Origin: OCS116 cluster bacterium AG-390-A19
Lineage (GTDB): Bacteria; Pseudomonadota; Alphaproteobacteria; MED-G09
DNA: 64,000 bases
Assembly: GCA_003278145.1 (NCBI GenBank)
Contig: QCGV01000002.1
Location: 154,124 to 218,123, forward strand
Direction of reading: 5' to 3'
Both the position numbers and the translations under genes were made by a program. The stretch's first letter is position 1; the number at the start of each line of letters is the position of its first letter. The notes beneath the pieces were generated by a model. That model saw only the letters and a list, made by a program, of their open reading frames with translations, searched no databases and was not told the origin of the DNA. Shown here in pieces: positions 10,035 through 18,094 of this stretch.

Positions 10035-11531
10035 TTAAAAATGTGGAAGAATAAATATAACAGATAAAACACCTATAACAGATAGAACAACAGTATATGG
10101 AAGAGCCATTAAAACCATTCTTAAATAAGAAAGACCAAGTAAAGGCGCAACGGATGATGTTAGTAGGAATAAGAATGCTGCTTGGCCATTTGGTGTTGCT
10201 ACACTAGGAAGATTTGTTCCACTATTAATAGCAATAGCCAATAAATCAAACTGTTCTCTACCAATAGCACCACTGTCTAAAGCTGCCTTTACTTCGCTAA
10301 TATAGATTGTTGCAACAAAAACATTATCGCTTATCATTGATAATATTCCATTAACCATAAAAAACATTGGTATTTGCGTCTCTTGCTTAAGAGTCAAAAC
10401 ATAGTTTATTACAAAAGAGAATAAATGTTGATCATGGATTACGGCAACAATTGCGAAGAAAACAACTAGAAGTGCAGTGAAAGGTAGAGCCTCTTCAAAA
10501 GCTTTACCTAACTGATGCTCCTCTATAACACCATTAAATGCTGTTAAAAGAACAATTATCATTAAACCAATTAAGCCTACTGCAGCTAGACCAAAGGCGA
10601 GAGAAAAAACCAATATAACTGCAACTAAAGCTTGAGTTATAATTTTCATATTTTGAGCCTGAGTTCTTTTTGAGGACTCGCTTTTGTCAAAATCAATGAG
10701 AATTTGTCTTATATGGTCTGGCAATTGAATACCATATGAAAATAATGAAAGTCTCTCTAGTAAATAACAAGTTAATAGACCACAAATAAATACTGGAAAA
10801 GAAATAGGAAGCATCTTGATAAAAAACTCAACAAATGACCAATCTGCAACACTAGCTATTAAAAGATTCTGAGGTTCTCCAACTGTTGTCGAAACTCCTC
10901 CTAAAGCCGTGCCAACGGCACCATGCATAAGAAGATTCCTAAGAAAACCTTTAAATATTGTAAAATCAGCTGAGTCTTCAGAAAATCCATCCTGTTTTTC
11001 AGCAACATTTTTATATACATGATAAAAACCTACAGCCACAGCAATCAAGACCGCCATAACTGTTAATGCATCTAAAAAAGCAGATAAAAAAGCAGCAGAA
11101 AAGACAAATAATAATGATAAGGTTCTTTTATTTTTTATACTTATTAATAATTTAGTAAAGATGAACAGAAGAAAATCTTTCATGAAATAAATACCTGCCA
11201 CCATAAAAACCAAAAGTAAAATAACTTTGAGATTAGCGTCTACTTCATAATAAATTTGTTTAGTATCTGTTAGCCCCATAATAACAGACTCAATTGCTAT
11301 CAAACCTCCAGGCTGGAGAGGATAACATTTTAGCGCCATGGCAAGAGTAAATATAAACTGGATTAGGATAATCCAACCAAGTATAAACCCAGCTGGAAGA
11401 CCCATTGATTTCAAAACTACTAAAATAATCGGATTGGCAATTAGAAAGGAAATAATAGTATTCTTATACCAATTTGGCGCCGCGCCCAAAAAATTACTGT
11501 AAATAGAATTAATCATAATAGAAACTCCCAA
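10035..11531 (-). CDS. nhaB: Na+/H+ antiporter NhaB
   Basis: Long stretches near-identical to E. coli NhaB as recalled ([53 protein letters not shown]); 498 aa. Confidence 0.85.
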   Translation of the reverse strand: MGVSIMINSIYSNFLGAAPNWYKNTIISFLIANPIILVVLKSMGLPAGFILGWIILIQFIFTLAMALKCYPLQPGGLIAIESVIMGLTDTKQIYYEVDANLKVILLLVFMVAGIYFMKDFLLFIFTKLLISIKNKRTLSLLFVFSAAFLSAFLDALTVMAVLIAVAVGFYHVYKNVAEKQDGFSEDSADFTIFKGFLRNLLMHGAVGTALGGVSTTVGEPQNLLIASVADWSFVEFFIKMLPISFPVFICGLLTCYLLERLSLFSYGIQLPDHIRQILIDFDKSESSKRTQAQNMKIITQALVAVILVFSLAFGLAAVGLIGLMIIVLLTAFNGVIEEHQLGKAFEEALPFTALLVVFFAIVAVIHDQHLFSFVINYVLTLKQETQIPMFFMVNGILSMISDNVFVATIYISEVKAALDSGAIGREQFDLLAIAINSGTNLPSVATPNGQAAFLFLLTSSVAPLLGLSYLRMVLMALPYTVVLSVIGVLSVIFILPHF

Positions 11532-11608
11532 TTTATAATAAATTTAATATCCAAGCACTGAATTAACATAATTTCATAAAAGAAAACAAGCTAAACAAAG
11601 AAGTTATA

Positions 11609-13429
11609 TTAAAAATTAACTTTCACTCCAACCAAACCAGATCTATCGGGCGTTCCATAACCAAAAACCTGCTGGTAATTTTTATCAAGTAAATTTTCTA
11701 CCCTAAAATATACTTCACTAAAATTATTCAGCTTATAAAATAAATTAATATCAGCCCTTGACCAAGAATCAAGATTCCCATAAGTGCTTATTTCTGATCC
11801 ATTATATTTGATCATCAAAGATCCTGATAAATTAAATGATGAATTATAAGTTAAAGCTAATTCACCAGAATCTTTTGGGATATTAATTAATCTTTGACCT
11901 CTTCCATCTATAGAATCTATATAGGAGTAATTTAAATATAAATTTATTTCTTCTGAAATTTTGGAATTAACAGAAATTTCAAATCCATCAGACTCAACAA
12001 AGTCAATATTCTCATAACCACCCAAACCAAATGAAAAATTAATTTGGTTATTAATATCTTTTTTGAAATAAACAAGACTAAATGAAAATTTATCTTTTAG
12101 GCTAAAATCAAACCCTAAATCATATGAAGTAGACTCTTCGGGTTTAATATTAGTATTTGCGCTTTCAGCACCACAACAAAAGAAAGTTGTTTGAAATATT
12201 GTTGGAACCTTAAAACCTTCTCCCCAACTGGTCTTTATTGAAAGATTATCAAAAACTCTATAAGAAACAGAAATCTTCCTTGTTGTTTTTGAATTAAAGC
12301 CTTTATTATCATCATTTCTAATTCCAGTCGAGATAACTAAATCTTTGATTGGTTGAAACTGGTAAAGAAAAAAATAACTATCAATTGATAGTTTATCGGC
12401 ATTCACACTGCTTTCCTCCCTTTCAAGTCCAAAAGCAATTTTATTGAATTCACCAAAACCTGTATTTCCTTGATAGCGATATAACTTCCTCTCTCCATCA
12501 GCCCCAAAAGTTAAATTATCATTTGTAAAATAATCGCGACTAATATCAGATTGATTTACAGAAAAAGTATTTACTAATTTATCGTCAAATAAGTTAAATT
12601 TTATTGTAAGGTTACCTATAAATTCTTCGGTAATACTCCTTTCATCGCCATCTTGAACACCTGTAACAAAACCAAAACTATCATATTCAACGTCTGATTT
12701 AATATAAGATAATAATCCTTTTATCTTTATATTATTTAGGTCAATATCTCCTTTAAGAGAATAAGAATTTGTTTCAAACCCATCTTTCTCGACATTTCCA
12801 TCTTTTTTATCAGCTTTACTAATGCCAGCTAATGAAGTGTCATCGACTAAAAAAAGAAATTTGCTACTATTGCTTGCTATACCGAGTTCAGAATTAATTT
12901 TTCTCAAACCAAAACTGCCGATTTCTGAAAGTAAGTTTATAGAGTTTTTGTCTGCTGATTTTGTGTAGATATTTACAACGCCACCAATTGCATCCGAACC
13001 CCATAAAGTAGATTGAGAGCCTCTTAAGACTTCTATTCTATCTATATTGGATGTATCTAAATATTCAAAATTATAACCGCCACCAGGCGATGAAGCATCA
13101 TTTACAGGAATACCATCAATAAGAACTAAGGTTTGAGAACTTGAGGCCCCTCTAATTCTAACAGAACCAACACCTCCAAAGCTACCGTTCTTTTTTGCAG
13201 TGACTCCAGGCGAAGAGGAAATTGCATCAATTGCACTTCGAAAACCTCGCAGCCTTATTTCCTCACTGTCTAAAATAAATATACTTGAACCAAAATTATC
13301 TTCAGAAGTATCTATTCTTGCGCCCTTAACAATAATCTCTTTAACCTCGTTTGCAAAAGTGCTATTTAAGAACGAAATATTTGTCGAAAGTATAATAAAT
13401 AAAAATAATTTGTTTAAGAAATTTTTCAT
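11609..13429 (-). CDS. btuB: TonB-dependent outer-membrane receptor, BtuB-like (vitamin B12 transporter)
   Basis: Plug domain motifs (IVKGARID.., VDGIPVND.., RIEVLRGSQSTLWGSDAIGGVVNIYTK) and C-terminal aromatic residue (..VKVNF). A cobalamin riboswitch sits immediately upstream. ORF is open from 13492, but the signal-peptide Met (MKNFLNKLFLFII, ATG at 13429) is the likelier start. Confidence 0.8.
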   Translation of the reverse strand: MKNFLNKLFLFIILSTNISFLNSTFANEVKEIIVKGARIDTSEDNFGSSIFILDSEEIRLRGFRSAIDAISSSPGVTAKKNGSFGGVGSVRIRGASSSQTLVLIDGIPVNDASSPGGGYNFEYLDTSNIDRIEVLRGSQSTLWGSDAIGGVVNIYTKSADKNSINLLSEIGSFGLRKINSELGIASNSSKFLFLVDDTSLAGISKADKKDGNVEKDGFETNSYSLKGDIDLNNIKIKGLLSYIKSDVEYDSFGFVTGVQDGDERSITEEFIGNLTIKFNLFDDKLVNTFSVNQSDISRDYFTNDNLTFGADGERKLYRYQGNTGFGEFNKIAFGLEREESSVNADKLSIDSYFFLYQFQPIKDLVISTGIRNDDNKGFNSKTTRKISVSYRVFDNLSIKTSWGEGFKVPTIFQTTFFCCGAESANTNIKPEESTSYDLGFDFSLKDKFSFSLVYFKKDINNQINFSFGLGGYENIDFVESDGFEISVNSKISEEINLYLNYSYIDSIDGRGQRLINIPKDSGELALTYNSSFNLSGSLMIKYNGSEISTYGNLDSWSRADINLFYKLNNFSEVYFRVENLLDKNYQQVFGYGTPDRSGLVGVKVNF

Positions 13430-13549
13430 CAAAACCTCACAAAAAAATTTAACAAACAATGAGACTTCAAAAAAAGAAGTTTTACATTGCAACTATTTTG
13501 TCGTTTCAAAGAAAATACCTTGCCCTAAAGACTAATCCCGGTCCTAGAC

Positions 13550-13705
13550 GAACGACTTAATGGCAGGTTTCCTGGCTTAAAGATCAACACTCAGAATCGC
13601 CTTACCAGCATGAGCCAGTGGCATAATGATTCTTTGCTCCCTAATTACAGTTACGGGTATAGCACAGTATTTTAAACTGTTTCCCTCTTAGCTAAAAAGC
13701 ACCAT
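13550..13705 (-). promoter_or_regulatory. cobalamin (AdoCbl) riboswitch in the btuB leader
   Basis: Read 5'->3' on the minus strand: AGAGGGAA.., GCTATACCCGTAACTGTAA (matches GC.G.CCCGC.ACTGTAA), GCCACTGG (B12 box), GGTAAGGCG, AGCCAGGAAACCTGCC (matches AGTCAGGA.ACCTGCC). All conserved blocks are in the right order, ~130 nt upstream of the btuB-like start. Confidence 0.85.
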
Positions 13706-13762
13706 TAATTGATGTTTTATCAATGTTTTTTATAAAAACAATAAAAAAGTATAATTATATAG

Positions 13763-13791
13763 TTGACAAACCTGTGTTATATGTGTAACTT
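13763..13791 (+). promoter_or_regulatory. putative sigma70-type promoter (TTGACA-N17-TAACTT) for the small-ORF pair
   Basis: Consensus -35 TTGACA at 13763-13768, 17-nt spacer, TAACTT -10-like hexamer, ~45 nt upstream of an AAGGAGA SD and the ATG at 13836. Confidence 0.3.
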
Positions 13792-13835
13792 ATGTATCAT
13801 ATGTAATGTTTAAAAACTAATTTAAGGAGAAAACT

Positions 13836-13994
13836 ATGAAAAATCAATACAGAGGAAGTCAAAATATAATTTCTGAAAAAAAAGTATCTTTAGATAAAGG
13901 CTTTTACAGAGGTGCTAGTCATAATGGTTTTAAATTTGAGAAATTAAATTCTGATCAAAATCAGAAAAAAATGTATAGAGGTCAGGTACAATAA
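13836..13994 (+). CDS. hypothetical 52-aa basic protein with three YRG repeats
   Basis: Not in the ORF track (<60 aa). Strong SD AAGGAGA 8 nt upstream of ATG. Translation MKNQYRGSQNIISEKKVSLDKGFYRGASHNGFKFEKLNSDQNQKKMYRGQVQ. Stop TAA is immediately followed by the next ATG. Confidence 0.45.
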   Translation: MKNQYRGSQNIISEKKVSLDKGFYRGASHNGFKFEKLNSDQNQKKMYRGQVQ

Positions 13995-14198
13995 ATGAAT
14001 AAACAATTAATATCCTCCAAAGAAAAGAAGAGGAGAGAACATTTATTACAAGTCAAGTATCAGACTATTATTTTAGAACACTTGGCCAAGTCAAAACTAA
14101 GTAAAGACGAATATAAAGCTCTAACTGATAAATTAGAGGAAAATAGAAAGATATTTAGAGATATAGATCAGTTTGTTGATTTCACAAGTTGGAATTAG
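13995..14198 (+). CDS. hypothetical 67-aa charged, probably helical protein
   Basis: ORF-track entry; translationally coupled to the preceding small ORF (TAAATG). No family recognised. Confidence 0.45.
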   Translation: MNKQLISSKEKKRREHLLQVKYQTIILEHLAKSKLSKDEYKALTDKLEENRKIFRDIDQFVDFTSWN

Positions 14199-14266
14199 AG
14201 ATATATCTCTAAACATCTAAATATCGATAAATATAAAGATTAAAATCATAAGCACTTTATTCAAAA

Positions 14267-14341
14267 TGGAGCGGGCGAAGAGATTCGAACTCTCGACCCT
14301 CACGTTGGCAACGTGATGCTCTACCACTGAGCTACACCCGC
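14267..14341 (-). tRNA. tRNA-Gly (anticodon GCC)
   Basis: Reverse complement folds as a canonical cloverleaf: acceptor GCGGGTG/CGCCCGC, D-arm TAGCTCAGTGGTAGAGCA, anticodon stem TCACG/CGTGA with loop TTGCCAA, T-arm GAGAG-TTCGAAT-CTCTT, discriminator U, encoded CCA. Confidence 0.9.
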
Positions 14342-14465
14342 AATAATTTATGTGTGACATTATTTCAAAGTTAATAAGATGTAAATAACCTTGGTTAAGA
14401 TTTATACATATTTTATAAAGCTGTTTTATTATTCTTTATAATTATGTATTATAAAAAAAGGGAAA

Positions 14466-14960
14466 ATGAAAAAACAAGATCAAAGAATACAATTAGTGGC
14501 CTCTACTGAGTTTAGAAACGATGTTGATAAATGGCGAAGGGAACAAACCGATTTACCCTCTCACTCTGAGGCAATTAGAAGACTTGTTAAAATAGCCTTA
14601 CGCTCTGGGGATAGTGAAACAATGAAAATGATTACAGCAATAATTAGACCTCATAAATATGAAGATGTAAGAAATGCATTAATTGATATTGGAATTGAAG
14701 GACTTTCTGCAACAGAAATAAGAGGGTTTGGTAGACAAAGAGGACAAACTGAGATTTATAGAGGTGCTGAATACAAAACAACTGAAGTTCCAAAAATCAA
14801 AATCGAAATCGTTATACCGGCAACTAAGCTGGATCAGGTTGTAAATATTATAAGTAAAAGTTCTGAAACTGGTAAAGTTGGGGATGGAAAAATATTTGTA
14901 AGCAATATAGATCAAGCAATAAGAATAAGAACCGGTGAAACTCAAGACGACGCTCTCTAA
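14466..14960 (+). CDS. glnB: nitrogen regulatory protein PII (GlnB/GlnK) with an in-frame ~52-aa N-terminal ribbon-helix-helix-like extension
   Basis: Residues 53-164 (MKMITAIIRP...RGFGRQRGQTEIYRGAEY...GDGKIFV..IRIRTGE) are a canonical 112-aa PII with T-loop Tyr. Residues 1-52 (RIQLVAS-TEFRNDVDKWRREQ-TDLPSHSEAIRRLVKIAL) show a beta-strand/helix/loop/helix RHH pattern. Confidence 0.75.
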   Translation: MKKQDQRIQLVASTEFRNDVDKWRREQTDLPSHSEAIRRLVKIALRSGDSETMKMITAIIRPHKYEDVRNALIDIGIEGLSATEIRGFGRQRGQTEIYRGAEYKTTEVPKIKIEIVIPATKLDQVVNIISKSSETGKVGDGKIFVSNIDQAIRIRTGETQDDAL

Positions 14961-14963
14961 AAA

Positions 14964-15896
14964 ATGGAAATAGAAGACTTTAACAGTAATTCAGAAAATG
15001 TTTCTATGAATGGAAATTCTGTAATAATAGAGGTTATTACAGAAAACTTCATGACAGATGTAATAGAGCAGTCAAAAGATACGCCCGTAATTGTTGATTT
15101 TTGGGCACCGTGGTGTGAACCGTGCAAACAACTTACTCCAATAATTGAAAAAATAATAAAAGAAAAAAACGGCAAAGTTATTCTAGCCAAAATGAATATA
15201 GATGAGTCTCCAGAAGTTGCTCAGCAGTTAAAAATTCAATCAATACCTGCTGTAATGGCTTTTAATGATGGTCAACCCGTAGATGGATTTATTGGTGTTC
15301 AGTCTGAAAAAAATATTAGTGAATTTGTTAATAAAATTAGTTCGCTGAAAAATTCCTCAACAATTGAGGAAAACATATCTGCTGGTAAGAAATATATGAA
15401 CGAAGACGATATTGAAACAGCAACTCTGGTATTCTCAGAAATACTAAAAATTGAACCAGACAATATTTCAGCAAAATCACTTTTGGCAAGATGTCTTATA
15501 AAAAGCGATCAATTAGATGATGCTGAAAAAATTATTAACACCCTACCAGTTGATGCAGAGAGCAATCAGGATTACATATCAGTCCGTTCTGAATTAGAAA
15601 TATTTAAGAATGCAAAAAATAATCCTATCTCTGACAAGGAAGAGGAGGAGCTAAGAAATAATATCGATAAAGAACCTGAAAATTATCAACTTAAGTTAGA
15701 CCTTTCGAAAATACTAATGGCTAAGGGTGAAAATGAAGAAGCAATTAATCAATTATTAAGAATAATCGAAGTTAACCCAAAATGGAATGATGGTGAAGCC
15801 AGAAAGCAGCTTATTGAAATTTTTAATATTCTTGGTAATGAAAATATTCTAGTAACTGAAGGTAGGAAAAAGCTGTCATCAATGCTATTTAGTTAA
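14964..15896 (+). CDS. thioredoxin-domain + TPR protein of the YbbN/CnoX (chaperedoxin) family
   Basis: N-terminal Trx fold with active site WCEPC (variant of WCGPC), C-terminal TPR-like helical region; 310 aa. Confidence 0.75.
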   Translation: MEIEDFNSNSENVSMNGNSVIIEVITENFMTDVIEQSKDTPVIVDFWAPWCEPCKQLTPIIEKIIKEKNGKVILAKMNIDESPEVAQQLKIQSIPAVMAFNDGQPVDGFIGVQSEKNISEFVNKISSLKNSSTIEENISAGKKYMNEDDIETATLVFSEILKIEPDNISAKSLLARCLIKSDQLDDAEKIINTLPVDAESNQDYISVRSELEIFKNAKNNPISDKEEEELRNNIDKEPENYQLKLDLSKILMAKGENEEAINQLLRIIEVNPKWNDGEARKQLIEIFNILGNENILVTEGRKKLSSMLFS

Positions 15897-15898
15897 TA

Positions 15899-16549
15899 AT
15901 GAAATCATTTAAAGAATTTAAAAATATTAATGAACTTCCGCCAAAGATTTCGGTTTTCCCTTTGGCAGGGGCCTTGTTACTTCCAAGAACACAATTACCC
16001 CTTAATATTTTTGAAAATAGATATCTGGAAATGGTTGATGACGCAATGTCAAATAATAGAATGATAGCAATGATCCAATCAAATAAAGATGATAATAATG
16101 CACTTTATAAAACTGGGTGTTTGGGCAAAATTACTTCCTACAGTGAGGTTGCTAATAGTAGGATGTTAATTACATTGTCTGGTGTTTGCAGATTCAATAT
16201 TACCTCAGAACTTGAGGTGGTAACACCATATAGACAGTTTCAAGTAGATTATGAAAATTTTTCATCTGACCTCGTAAAAGGACATGGTGAAGAAGAGGTT
16301 GAAAGAGAAAAGCTTATTGAGTCCCTTAAAAAATACCTTGAACACAATAATTTGACTATCGATTGGAATGCTATTGATAATTCATCAACAGAATTACTTG
16401 TAAACTCATTATGTATTCTCAGCCCTTATAAACCAAGAGAAAAGCAAGCATTGCTTGAAGCTGAAACATTATCCAAAAGAAGTGAGATGTTGATAGCTAT
16501 GACTGAAATGTCTATGTCATCGGGTCCAAGTACAGAACAAATACAGTGA
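15899..16549 (+). CDS. LON N-terminal substrate-binding domain protein
   Basis: ISVFPLAGALLLPRTQLPLNIFENRYLEMV is a typical LonN start; conserved partner of YbbN-like thioredoxins in alpha/gammaproteobacteria. Confidence 0.7.
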   Translation: MKSFKEFKNINELPPKISVFPLAGALLLPRTQLPLNIFENRYLEMVDDAMSNNRMIAMIQSNKDDNNALYKTGCLGKITSYSEVANSRMLITLSGVCRFNITSELEVVTPYRQFQVDYENFSSDLVKGHGEEEVEREKLIESLKKYLEHNNLTIDWNAIDNSSTELLVNSLCILSPYKPREKQALLEAETLSKRSEMLIAMTEMSMSSGPSTEQIQ

Positions 16550-16555
16550 GGTATT

Positions 16556-16732
16556 ATGAGTAAAGAAATAGATCCAAAATTATTAGAAATACTCGTTTGT
16601 CCATTAACCAAAGAGACATTATTGTGGGATAGCGAAAACAATGAATTAATAAGTAAGAAAGCTGGTTTAGCTTATCCAGTTAAAGATGGCATTCCTATAA
16701 TGCTACCCGATGAAGCGAGAAAAATTGACTAA
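16556..16732 (+). CDS. Trm112-like small protein (UPF0434/YcaR family)
   Basis: 58 aa, not in track; [22 protein letters not shown]...[11 protein letters not shown] matches the Trm112p-like pattern. Stop overlaps the downstream minus-strand gene. Confidence 0.55.
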   Translation: MSKEIDPKLLEILVCPLTKETLLWDSENNELISKKAGLAYPVKDGIPIMLPDEARKID

Positions 16733-17952
16733 ATAATATTTGAACCAGGCTTTGAACCATTTAATAAATTAGGTCTTTCTAAAGCTCCGCCAGAAGCTTC
16801 ATTTAATAAAAAGAGTTTTAATGGTTTATAGTTATCAGCTAACTTCATTATGTTTCTTCTAAGCCCTTTTGCTAATGAAGTATCTGAACGATAAATTGAG
16901 TTTAAAAAACCAATGCTGTTAATTAAAGCCTCTGCTTCAATTTTCCTTTTTTTATTAAATAGTGAAATTGAAGGGCATTGAAATAAATCTAGACCAAGTT
17001 TTTCAGATTCCGCAAACGCATCTGCAATATAAGCAATATCTCTCAAGCTTTGATTCCATGCTTGACCTGCCATAGGGTGCATAGCCCTGAGAGCATCACC
17101 AACAAATAATGCACCATTTGATAATGCCTTAACGCCACTTAATTTTTTTAATACAAAAGAACTTGGCCCTTTTGAAATACTAATCTTTCCCAAATAGTCT
17201 GAACAAAGATTATTAAGACTATCTTCGAAATTCTTTTTTGACGATATAAGTGAAGGAATATTATCCGTTTTTTCAGTCCAGACTAGAGAGCTATAATTAT
17301 TTCCCCTTTTATTGGTCATTGGAAGTAGGGCAAGAGGTCCATTTTTTTGAAAAAATTGAAACGCATAACCTTTATGGCTTTTTGAATGTCTTAATGTTGC
17401 GGATATGGCTGTTTGTCCATATTCAAAAAAGTTATACTTAACATTATATATATTTTGTAAATCTCTATCTAAAACCTCAGTAAAAATTATAGCCTTTGAC
17501 AACAAGCACTCATTATTATTTAAAATTATTTTTGAAAAATTGCCTTCTTTTTGAATTTTAGTTACTTTTTCTTTTATAAATTCATTTTCATCTAATTTGA
17601 GAACCCTATCTATAGATTTTTCGATTGCAGAATGTTCTGCAATGTAAGCGATATCCTCATCAATAAGCTCTTTATCGAAGCTAAGCCTTGATTTTATTTT
17701 CTCGTCGCCAAGGCCGCCTTCGATAACTATCATTTTTGTTACAGCTTCAGTTTTTATATTTACACCAAGTGTCTTAAGCATTTTTTTTGATGCAACTGAA
17801 AGAGCTAAACTTCTGGTGTCATCACTAGGCTTATTGCCAATGTTTTTATCTGTAATTAACTTAAAAGATAAGCCAGCATTACGAGCAACTAATGACATTA
17901 TTTTTGCCGATAGCCCGCTTCCAAAAATAACTATATCTTCAAAATTTTTTTT
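16729..17952 (-). CDS. FAD-dependent monooxygenase of the UbiH/UbiF/Coq6 family (ubiquinone biosynthesis hydroxylase)
   Basis: [12 protein letters not shown] dinucleotide fold; [21 protein letters not shown] conserved C-terminal FAD motif. Track ORF extends to 18003, but [12 protein letters not shown] (start 17952) fits the family N-terminus. Confidence 0.7.
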   Translation of the reverse strand, partial: KKNFEDIVIFGSGLSAKIMSLVARNAGLSFKLITDKNIGNKPSDDTRSLALSVASKKMLKTLGVNIKTEAVTKMIVIEGGLGDEKIKSRLSFDKELIDEDIAYIAEHSAIEKSIDRVLKLDENEFIKEKVTKIQKEGNFSKIILNNNECLLSKAIIFTEVLDRDLQNIYNVKYNFFEYGQTAISATLRHSKSHKGYAFQFFQKNGPLALLPMTNKRGNNYSSLVWTEKTDNIPSLISSKKNFEDSLNNLCSDYLGKISISKGPSSFVLKKLSGVKALSNGALFVGDALRAMHPMAGQAWNQSLRDIAYIADAFAESEKLGLDLFQCPSISLFNKKRKIEAEALINSIGFLNSIYRSDTSLAKGLRRNIMKLADNYKPLKLFLLNEASGGALERPNLLNGSKPGSNII

Positions 17953-18094
17953 CATAATCAAGTTTATTAATATAATTAACAAAAAAATGAAATTGATTTT
18001 CAATTTTAATGAGAAAGTTCTTGCAGATTATTATATTAACAAGTGATTATGTAGCTGATTCGCAATTTTAATAATTTTGTTAGATAGGTAACAA

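Noticed and set aside
14199-14465. tRNA-Gly as an integration site for a genomic island comprising the small ORFs and btuB
   Set aside because: There is no integrase, no phage or transposon genes, and no direct repeat of the tRNA 3' end in the flanking sequence that I could see. The neighbouring genes are ordinary. The tRNA just sits in a divergent/convergent junction.
14343-14465. sigma54 (-24/-12 TGGCAC-N5-TTGC) promoter upstream of the PII gene
   Set aside because: No GG-N10-GC element was found in the 120 nt upstream. Only AT-rich sequence with an imperfect inverted repeat, which is mentioned under the PII finding as a candidate operator at low confidence.
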